20,238 nucleotides of DNA, taken from assembly GCF_006345805.1 (NCBI RefSeq), contig NW_021824016.1, positions 1-20,238 of the forward strand. Reading direction: 5' to 3'. The stretch comes from Octopus sinensis. Taxonomy: Eukaryota. The position numbers were made by a program, and so were the translations under genes. Of the stretch, positions 10,795 to 20,238 are shown piece after piece. The notes beneath the pieces are model-generated. The model was not told where the DNA came from and ran no database searches. It saw nothing but the letters and a program-made list of their open reading frames with translations. Numbering within the stretch: position 1 is the stretch's first letter; each line of letters opens with the position of its first letter.

Positions 10795-10884
10795 TAACAG
10801 ACACAAAGCATAAACAAACAGACAGACAGATTGAGAAGGAGATAGATTAGATACATAAACAGACAGACAGACAGACAGACAGTC

Positions 10885-10928
<44 letters not shown>

Positions 10929-11040
10929 TCTTAGGTAGATAAATGGATGGATGGATGGAGATAGATTCTTAGGTAGATAAATGGATGGATGGATGGATAG
11001 AGGGATAAATTTATATATATATATATATATATATATATCA
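10795..11040. repeat. Compound (GACA)n/(GATA)n/(GGAT)n/(TA)n with a 38-bp tandem duplication
   Basis: Direct reading; duplication at 10922-10997. Confidence 0.95.
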
Positions 11041-11113
11041 ATAAAGATAGTGGATACCGTTAAAAGTGAAACTGGTGAAATAACAATTGAGGGCAAGCTA
11101 TACAGTGTAATAT

Positions 11114-11139
11114 TGATGATGATGATACCACTACTACTG

Positions 11140-11211
<72 letters not shown>
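11114..11211. repeat. Compound trinucleotide repeat (GAT)n-(CTA)n-(AAT)n
   Basis: Direct reading. Confidence 0.95.
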
Positions 11212-11317
11212 GGAATAAAGTGAATGTTAAACGATATTTGCTCTTCCAAGACAAATTATATTTGTCTCTAACAAATTCTTTGAGGAAATACTAGTTTTCA
11301 AAGAGCCATCATATTGA

Positions 11318-11552
11318 TACACACACACAGAAATATATACTTATAAAAATATATACATATACTTATATTCACAGATACAAATAAACGTACACATATACAT
11401 ACATAAATACAAACATATGGATACACAAACATGCATATATACACATACATGTGTGTCTATATATATACTTGTATATATATACATAATATATATGATATAT
11501 ATATATATGTATATGTATATATACATACATATATATATATACATACACACAC

Positions 11553-11588
<36 letters not shown>

Positions 11589-11672
11589 TATATATATATA
11601 ATATATAATATAATATATTATACATCATATATACATTAGATTTATTTATCATATATATTATATTTAAATATA
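11318..11672. repeat. Degenerate TA/CA microsatellite block
   Basis: Direct reading. Confidence 0.9.
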
Positions 11673-11954
11673 TGAGGGAGAATAGCAATGACATACATCT
11701 TTGAACGGCACAAAATATTAGATGTATATTTTGTTTGTAAATATTATACATACAAAAAAAATACAATAAAAATACATAACACATTATGCTAAATTTCCCT
11801 GTAAAGATGTTTCAAAAATTTAAAAAGATTTACATTTTTTTCCTTCTTCTTTTCTATTTTCTATTTATTTATTTTAGGGAATCTCCGTTGAAACAAATAC
11901 AAACGTTGACATATGGATTTTGCGTATTTCAACAGTATATACATGCAGGTACAA

Positions 11955-12088
11955 ACACACACATACGTATGTATGTATGTATGTATGTATGTATGTATGT
12001 ATGTATGTATAAAGATATATATATATATACATATACATATGTATATATATATATACATATACATACATAGATATATATAGATACATAC

Positions 12089-12153
<65 letters not shown>

Positions 12154-12327
12154 TATACATCTATATTATATTTTATATATATTCATTTATATATATACAT
12201 CTATATATACATACCTGATATATATATATACATCTATATATATATATAATATATCTGTAAATATATATATATATTATATATATTATATGTAAAACACACA
12301 CACACACACCATATATATATATATATA

Positions 12328-12369
<42 letters not shown>

Positions 12370-12370
12370 C
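11955..12370. repeat. (GTAT)n followed by long degenerate (TA)n block
   Basis: Direct reading. Confidence 0.95.
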
Positions 12371-12889
12371 TTATAGTCAATCAAGTTATGATCAATACTA
12401 TGGCTGGGTGAAATTCCAAAGTTTGATTCTTCATATGAGGTGGAAATATTTTTTAACGAAAAATCATAATCAAGTTTTTTGTAATATTATAGTATTTAAT
12501 ATGAGCTTCAATGAATATCAGATTTGCCTCATCTGACTCCTACATATGAAGAGGAATTATGTACAATAAATTCAACGTACTGACATCCACATAAATATAT
12601 ATATGTATACTGTTGGTCTGATATAGATACCATTAGATATGATTCCCGTGTGCGTGTGTGTGCGTGTGTGTGTGAACATATGTGTGCATATAATATAAAT
12701 ATATATTTATATATTTGTAAAACATCGATTGTCAAGCGAAACTCATACACACACACAACCTAAGATTACACAGAAAAAGAATATACAACATACAACCACT
12801 CTCACACACAACAAATACCATTCACATCAGCATAGAATATATACATCTGCCCATAAAATTATACCCGAAAGTATAGAAGACTAAACACT

Positions 12890-13475
12890 TATATACGCAC
12901 ACGTGTGACACACATATATACGCGGGCGTGCTTAAGCATTAAGATATTTCCTGCAATACACACACTCACACACACACACTCACGCTCACACACACACACA
13001 TATATATATATACACTCACACAAACATATATATATATATATATATATATATACTCTTGCATGCACGCATGCACGAACACAGAAACGTACACACACAGCAG
13101 CACTGAGACGACGCACTCATACATATAAGGCATAGATAGACTGACATTCACATAAACCTACACATGCACACACACACACACACACACATACACACGCACA
13201 AGCATTCACATGCACGCCCATGCACATGCACATACAAACACAAACACACAGAAAACAGACACTTGCCCGGAAGTGTTCTAGAAAGTTAACCTGAAAATAC
13301 AGGTAACAAACACACACACAGACATACACACGCAACCAAACGAACAAACGTATACACACTCACACGTAGACACATAAAAACACGTACACGCATACACGTT
13401 AACACACATATACATCATGCATATACATATATATCTACATATCTGTATATGTGTGGTTGTGTGTGTATATATATA

Positions 13476-13513
<38 letters not shown>

Positions 13514-13521
13514 TATATATA
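12890..13521. repeat. Degenerate CA/TA microsatellite block
   Basis: Direct reading. Confidence 0.85.
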
Positions 13522-13555
13522 TCATTACAGAGATGTATTTGCATAGCAAGTGATT

Positions 13556-13577
13556 TGATCTGAGATCGTGTACTGAA

Positions 13578-13613
<36 letters not shown>

Positions 13614-13635
13614 TTCAGCACATGATCTCAGATCA
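13556..13635. repeat. 80-bp palindrome centred on (TA)14
   Basis: TGATCTGAGATCGTGTACTGAAATTG-(TA)14-CAATTTCAGCACATGATCTCAGATCA; 26-bp unique arms with 2 transition mismatches. Confidence 0.9.
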
Positions 13636-13729
13636 TACACACATGCTTATATGTATACGTGTATATAAATATATGTGCAGAGAGAGAGAGAAAGAGAGAA
13701 ATTGTGAGTTGAGAGAGAGAGAGAGAAAG

Positions 13730-13780
<51 letters not shown>

Positions 13781-14383
13781 CCAATGCATGATGAACATTG
13801 TTGTTAATCAGGTAATGAATCTAAAATAGTTTAGCGTGTGGCGTTGGTGGGATTTACTAACTGGTTTCAAGAATAAACAGTCGTATATATATATATTCAA
13901 TTATACCATCACAGATTAGATTTGCTTGGCTACGGTCGAAGGATTTTCTCTCATCTGTCAAATATGTATATACACACATGTTCTCACTTACATACAAATC
14001 TATAAAAAGGCAGAGTCGTATACGCACGAACCTAGACACATGTATGTATTTATGTTAAAAAAAAAAGAGAGAGAAGTACAAGTGTACAAGTATACTAAAT
14101 ATAGTTATTATCCTGATAGACTAGATATAGAACTGGATATATATATAAATATATGTACGTGTGTGTATTTATATATATATATATATATATATACATATGC
14201 GTATATACAGAGGGTCACACATATATATATAAGTATATATATCTACATATGTATGTACGTGTGTGTGTACATATAAATTTGCATGCTTCAACGTATGCTT
14301 GTATTTACGTGCGAAAACACCTGCTTTCGTAGTTTCTGATATTCTCAGTAATAGGTGCACGAGTAGGTAATTTACAGCATATC

Positions 14384-14385
<2 letters not shown>

Positions 14386-14444
<59 letters not shown>

Positions 14445-14468
14445 CACACACGCACGCTCACACGCATA
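14386..14468. repeat. (CA)n microsatellite
   Basis: Direct reading. Confidence 0.95.
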
Positions 14469-14486
14469 CGGATGATCTTTGCATAT

Positions 14487-14626
14487 ATAATTTAGGGTAT
14501 CTAAGAGATACCTCCACGCTGGAAATAGCAGCCAAATGTTGACTCTAAAACCACATTAAATGTTTTAGAGTCAAGTTTTGGCTGTTACTTCCAGCATGGA
14601 GGTATCTCTTAGATACCCTAAATTAT
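14487..14626. repeat. Fold-back element, 65-bp arms, derived from family D repeat
   Basis: Arms 14487-14551 and 14562-14626, 10-nt spacer, 5 mismatches; the left arm is homologous to 15187-15230. Confidence 0.85.
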
Positions 14627-14714
14627 GATTTTAATCATTATTATTACCTTTTTAAGTTTTTATTCCCATGCTGGCCACTTGATAGGATCGATAATTAAAC
14701 TAAGATCTTATCCC

Positions 14715-15120
14715 TATATATATATATATTAACACTATATATATATATATTATATCTATATATATATTTATATATATATATACATATATATATATATTTT
14801 ATATATATATATATATATACATATATATATCTATTTTATATATATATATGGCGGTGCCCCGGCATGCCACAGCTCATAAGCTTAAACTGGAAAAATCAAA
14901 AAAATCAAAATCATATATTATATATATATATTTATATATATACATATATATATATATAGTATATATATATATATAATACAATATATTATATATATTATAT
15001 ATATATACATATATATATATAATATATATAATATATATATATATATATATTATATATCTAGACATATATAATATACATATATACACGCACAAACACACTC
15101 ACACACACACATATATAAAC
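14715..15120. repeat. Long degenerate (TA)n block
   Basis: Direct reading. Confidence 0.95.
14850..14912 (+). mobile_element. SINE 3' tail fragment inside TA microsatellite
   Basis: GGCGGTGCCCCGGCATGCCACAGCTCATAAGCTTAAACTGG followed by an AAAAATC-repeat tail; resembles the 3' end of family A-type octopus SINEs from memory. Confidence 0.55.
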
Positions 15121-15129
15121 TTAATATAA

Positions 15130-15240
15130 GCACCAGTTTGCAATATTTCCACAAGAATGATAATTACAAATGTCCCTAAATGTGACTAGGGTGTTAGGAA
15201 ACACCTACATAGCTAGAAATAAGAGCTAAACTGCTCTAAT
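15130..15240 (+). mobile_element. Family D repeat fragment
   Basis: TAGGGTGTTAGGAAACACCTACATAGCTAGAAATAAGAGCTAAA aligns with 14493-14537. Confidence 0.55.
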
Positions 15241-15615
15241 GCTATAGTTAACGCACATGTATAAAAACATATATACTAGTATATGTATGTATGTGTGTAT
15301 GTATTTATATATGTGTGTGTGTGTGTGTGTCTACGTATGTGTGAGGGCTTATTATATTAAAAGTAAACTGTCTACTTTGAGTTTCCTCACATCCAGGGCA
15401 GATTTCGGAAAGCGGACAGTCCAACAAGGGTGAAACACAAAGTTGGGGCCCAAATTTTGATATAATAAATATATTCATCTAGAGTTACATAGAATTTTGT
15501 ATCAGATAATGTTCAACTCTGCTTTAAATTGTATTTTAATATACCTTCTCGCCGTACATATATATATATATATATAATATATTACACACACATATATAAT
15601 ATATATGTTTGTATG

Positions 15616-15687
<72 letters not shown>

Positions 15688-16224
15688 GTACTTACGAATG
15701 TATTTATTTGAAATGACTATATATGTGGGTCTATATATTTATATACACACATACACACGCAGACACAATCGCGTAGACACACACACACACACACACACAT
15801 ACACATAACAGCGTGATGCAGCAGATAATCACAAGCTCCCTCCCTGGCTCAGCGGCCACTGAGCCAACTGTGACGGATGAAACCTCTTCTTAGAAGTCTT
15901 TGACACTGTATAGCAGAAACTGCATGAGCCGCTGCTAGCTGAAATTTATGAAACGTGAATCAGTGAGCCTGCCTCCAAGCTCACATGATTCTGTGTGATT
16001 ATAAATCTCACATGACAACTACACGGTTCTGCTATCAGTCCTACTTCCATTCTTTCGAGTCGACTAAATTATATTCGGCTAACTTTCGGGAAGTGAAAAA
16101 ACTTGACTAACGCTATTTTGAGAGACCGTTTCTCTTTCGGAGTTTTTCATACTTTACCCTTTGTCTTAGTTTCAGTTTCTGAAAGCCACTTCGATCTTCG
16201 GTTTTAGAAAATTATTCTAGTCTT

Positions 16225-16332
16225 CCGGTGACCAGCCTCGTGACCTAAAGATATACCCGTGACATGGTCATCCGACCAGCTGTGTGTAATTGCCAAATTT
16301 CTAAATGCAAACTCTACACTCTTAGAAAAAAT
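16225..16332 (+). mobile_element. Family D repeat fragment, decayed
   Basis: GTGACATGGTCATCCGACCAGCTG...AATTGCCAAATTTC...CTCTACACTCTTAGAAAAAA; motif order similar to 7960-8040. Confidence 0.45.
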
Positions 16333-16494
16333 GGTATTTTACTCTGTGTGTGTGTGTATTTCAGTGCAAACCAAGGCAAAATTGGTGCATATTTTGCGGT
16401 TGCTTTGGAAACTGTGACCAAAGTGTCTCCAATAGAAGTTAGTTGGAGTGGGACAACTCCGACCATAATCGAAAATATTCAAACGCCAATACAT

Positions 16495-16596
16495 GCATTC
16501 ATGTATGTGCGTATATATATAGGTGTCTATATGTATTTGTGCAAATATGCATTGCGTGTGTACACAAAAACACACGCGTATTTGTGTGTGTGAGAG

Positions 16597-16627
<31 letters not shown>

Positions 16628-16949
16628 TATGTGTGTGTGTATGTATGTGTGTGTATAAATATATATAAAAATATAAATGTACATATATATTATTATTCTA
16701 TAATATATGCATGTATATATGTATGTTTGTATAATACATATATATTACATTTATCACAAATATGACATATATAAAACAAGCATCTACATTATATATATCA
16801 AAATATATATGTAACGATATATATATATTAATGGACAGATAAATATATACATTATTATGTAAATATATATATATGTAACAAATATAAATGCATCACATAT
16901 ATATTTACGTGTGTGTGCGTATATATGCACCTACGCATATGTCTATATT

Positions 16950-16986
<37 letters not shown>

Positions 16987-17082
16987 TCATACATATATAT
17001 ATTTACATATATACTATATATATACATATGTGTGCGTGCGCGTGTGTGTGCGTGTATGTGAGAGAGGGAGTGAGAGAGAGGA
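16495..17082. repeat. Degenerate TA/TG microsatellite block
   Basis: Direct reading. Confidence 0.9.
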
Positions 17083-17703
17083 TTTCTTTTGTATGCCTGA
17101 AGGTACACACGTATGTTAAGTTGATTGGTGAGTGTATGTGTGTGAGATTGAGTGGGAGTGATTATATTCCCAATAAAGGACTTATAATAGTGTGGACAAT
17201 GTCATTTGTGATATTTATATATTGAATATACAGTTGTAACAGTTAGCAGGTATCAATGACGCTTAGATTTCCACTAAACGAGATCAGTTTTTCAATGAAC
17301 GAAAATTTTTAACCGCTGTATTATATATACAAATATCTAAAAAAAATCACAATAGCATAAAGGATTGAGTATTTCGAATACATTTGCGTCCTTGACGTAA
17401 TTCTCAGGCAAAATCAAAGACGGTTGATTCATAGAAATTGATACGTAAACTCCATCCTGCATGCGTAAGGAGTTTTTGTGTAAGAAAATTCGCTGAAATA
17501 GCATTCATTAAGCGTTGACAATACTATGAGATGACGAATTGCCCCTGCACTGAAATACGCACACGCGCACACGCACATACATATATACATATATACATAT
17601 ATAATATATATATAAAATATATATATATTAAATATATATATATATACAAATAAATATATACATATATTAATTTACATATATACATTATATATATATATAT
17701 ATA

Positions 17704-17746
<43 letters not shown>

Positions 17747-17885
17747 TTTTGTATCCGAAAGGTTTTTGTATCCGGGAGATCCAAAATGGTAATAAAGTTA
17801 TGTAAGCGCAACGAAAGGACCGTAGTTAGACTTCCGGTTCGATACTAGTACGAGGGACGTGTCTAATGCGGATCCTATGCGAACA

Positions 17886-18165
17886 TGTATATGTTAAATG
17901 AAATTAGACAACATTGTCAAGGCAGTGTGAACTTTCTAGGACATTTATATTATAAAAGAATGGGTGTCTTACAGCTCTTTCGTGGATATAAGGGATATCC
18001 CTCCAATTGAACTCTACCATTTCCCTCTATTTAACTCTCTCATATCGTCTCTGATGAAGTCATATCCCTCATATCTCTGAAACAGCTGTAAGGCTACATC
18101 TCTCTTTATAAATGTCCAAGAAATTTCACACTACCTTTGTTGTCTCATTTTATTTAACACATATA
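17886..18165. mobile_element. Second, older fold-back element with hammerhead ribozyme; probable Penelope-like element pseudo-LTR remnant
   Basis: Arms about 17886-18009 and 18051-18165, roughly 80% identical by eye with two 5-nt indels and a spacer of about 40 nt; hammerhead at the inner end of the right arm; outer ends run into TA/TG repeats. Confidence 0.75.
18047..18094 (+). ncRNA. Minimal type I hammerhead ribozyme with palindromic stem III
   Basis: GTCT [CTGATGA] AGTCATAT-CCCTC-ATATCTCT [GAAA] CAGCTG [TA] / AGGC. Stem I 4 bp (AGAC in the mirror arm), stem II 6 of 8 pairs, stem III is the loopless palindrome ACAGCTGT, GUA triplet; predicted cut after 18090. Confidence 0.8.
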
Positions 18166-18419
18166 AGTGTGTGAGTGTGTGTATGCATCCATATTTGTAT
18201 ATAAAGATATAAGGATGCATACATGTATATGTGTGTATGTGTATAATCATATATACATGACGATGCATGTATATATATGTAAACAGTTGGGCAGTGACAC
18301 ACACACTGAATGTGCACATGTATGCACACATTCATATATATATATACACATACAATATTAAACGTTTTGCTGATGTTTAGAATTAGGTTAGTGTGTTCTT
18401 GAATACAGGATTTTTAAAC

Positions 18420-18499
18420 AATAACACGAATACTAATTCTACTACTACCACTACTACTACTACTACTACTGCTACTGCTGTTGCTGATGATGATGGTGG

Positions 18500-18551
<52 letters not shown>

Positions 18552-18562
18552 AATAATAATAA
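18420..18562. repeat. Compound trinucleotide repeat (CTA)n-(GAT)n-(AAT)n
   Basis: Direct reading. Confidence 0.95.
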
Positions 18563-18584
18563 GGTACACAGCCACTCCCCAAGC

Positions 18585-18795
18585 CATATATTCGTAAGGT
18601 CTGTTCCAGGAATCTGTGACGTATATCCCTATCGCTGGACGGGACACCGCGTTACTAATATTTTTCAGCGCAGTGTAGTAACAGAAAATGAAGTGTTTTC
18701 TTCATCAGCACAATGCATTGTGTTATCTTGGTATCGAAACCACAATCTTATTAGCGCAACTGCAACATCTTTAACCAGTATTCCACGGACATCCA
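18585..18795 (-). mobile_element. tRNA-derived SINE family C, decayed
   Basis: Minus strand starts TGGATGTCCG-TGGAATACTGG (A-box-like)-TTAAAGATGTTG...GATTGT-GGTTTCGATACC (B box); body AAAACACTTCATTTTC...GGTGTCCCGTCCAG resembles another octopus SINE from memory. Confidence 0.7.
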
Positions 18796-19029
18796 CAATA
18801 AAACATTTATAGCAATATAGATGTCCGTAGAACAAACATATGCAGTTTCTCTGACTGCCTCCTTCTCCCACTCTCTTAATTACAGAATATACACACACAG
18901 ACACGCGCACGCACGCACACACGCGCATACACACATACATATATTGCGACCTCTCATTACCTCATTTTATGAAGATTAATTTTATGAGAAAAAGTGCGAT
19001 TAGGGAGTTCCCTATGCGAATATAACTAT

Positions 19030-19048
19030 TTGTCTGTCTGTCTATCGG

Positions 19049-19120
<72 letters not shown>

Positions 19121-19204
19121 TGTTTATAAATATATATATGTGTGTGAGTGTGTGTGTTTATATATTTGTATAAATATATTTACTTACATACATATATATG
19201 CATG

Positions 19205-19250
<46 letters not shown>
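19030..19250. repeat. (CTAT)n followed by TA and (TG)n microsatellites
   Basis: Direct reading. Confidence 0.95.
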
Positions 19251-19252
<2 letters not shown>

Positions 19253-19276
19253 TATCGAAATTCAGTAGGAATTCAG

Positions 19277-19395
19277 TTTGTAAGCCTAGTACTTCTATTG
19301 CTCTCTGTTGCCGAACCGCTAAGATACGGGGACGTAAACAGACAAGCATCGGTTGTCAAGCGACGGTGGGAGGGACAAACACAGATACGCAAACA
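19277..19395 (-). mobile_element. SINE family A 3'-half fragment
   Basis: TAAGCCTAGT...TTGCCGAACCGCTAAGATACGGGGACGTAAACA...CGGTTGTCAAGCGA matches 4431-4514. Confidence 0.85.
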
Positions 19396-20063
19396 TATAG
19401 TGTGTGTGTGTGTGTGTGGGTGTGTGTGTGTGTGTGTGTGCTTGTGTATGTAAGTGTACATATATATTCTTTATGTGCGTGTGTATATATACTGATATAG
19501 ATAGATATATGCTAAGTAGTGGATAATATATTGGAAGTATAATTCTCTGCGTGAGAAACAAATTAGCCGTGCAATACAAATATATATAATATTTTATAGA
19601 ATTAATCCATTTTCTCAGAAATGCGTAAACTTGTACTTTCGAAAATTTAATCATATTCATTTCATCGACGTATACATACATATATACGTACATGTGTACT
19701 TTAAATATATGTATATGTGTGTGTATGTGTTTGTGTGTGTGTGCGTTTGTGTGTGTCTATGTGCTTGTATGTGTCGTTCTATGTGTCTGTGTATCTATAT
19801 ATGCATAAATGAACAAGCGCCCTCGCACGCACACACACACACACGCAGAGAGTTATGGCAGTGCAAAGAAGAAAAGTTTAAAAACTGGTAAAAACGACTG
19901 CACACGGGCACACACACACACGCATCCCTAATTAAGTATAGCGCAAACACGAGAATCAAAAATCAGATATATTCGCAGTCTTAACAAATTGAATGGTTAT
20001 GTATATATATATCTATATATATACTTTAGAACGTGCTTCTTTTCTGATATATGTTTTATATAC

Positions 20064-20116
<53 letters not shown>

Positions 20117-20118
<2 letters not shown>

Positions 20119-20238
20119 CGGGGTGAATGAAAAGTAACTCGCTATTTTAAAATGCTTATAAATCATTTATCAATTTTTGCGTTCTTATCTTTGAAGTATA
20201 AATAAAACTACATGCGAAAAGCTTTCTTTCATATATAT
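20117..20238 (+). mobile_element. Possible terminal inverted repeat end of a Tc1/mariner-type element
   Basis: CACGGGGTGAATGAAAAGTAAC starts abruptly after a TA/CA run and resembles mariner TIR starts; no partner TIR is visible in the window. Confidence 0.25.

Noticed and set aside
18695-18712. CTGATGA on the minus strand (similar isolated CTGANGA hits near 2609, 6091, 8143, 10147 and 18485)
   Set aside because: They lie inside SINE or microsatellite sequence without the stems and GAAA arrangement.
18393-18812. 139-aa ORF with poly-T, poly-D and a complex C-terminus
   Set aside because: N-terminal half is trinucleotide repeat; C-terminal half is the antisense of a decayed SINE.
11-19891. 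Supplied ORFs rich in YI, CV, HT dipeptide runs
   Set aside because: Translations of stop-free dinucleotide microsatellites, many with non-ATG starts; no recognisable domain.

Overview
Very AT-rich, microsatellite-saturated eukaryotic non-coding DNA (intron or intergenic). The repeat vocabulary resembles Octopus/coleoid cephalopod genomes; this is recalled resemblance, not a database result. No protein-coding gene can be supported: the supplied ORFs are translations of (TA)n/(CA)n/trinucleotide runs or of SINE sequence. The complex sequence is mostly decayed tRNA-derived SINEs of at least three families plus several long fold-back (inverted-repeat) elements. Main result: two of the fold-backs (5635-5947 and 17886-18165) are head-to-head inverted copies of a segment carrying a minimal type I hammerhead ribozyme, with both 3' tails running out into TA/TG microsatellite. 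This is the architecture expected of Penelope-like element (PLE) pseudo-LTR remnants or retrozyme-like elements. Weaker hammerhead-like relics lie at about 2070-2115, 8286-8469, 12428-12585 and 15349-15468. Other fold-backs (13556-13635, 14487-14626) lack a ribozyme core.
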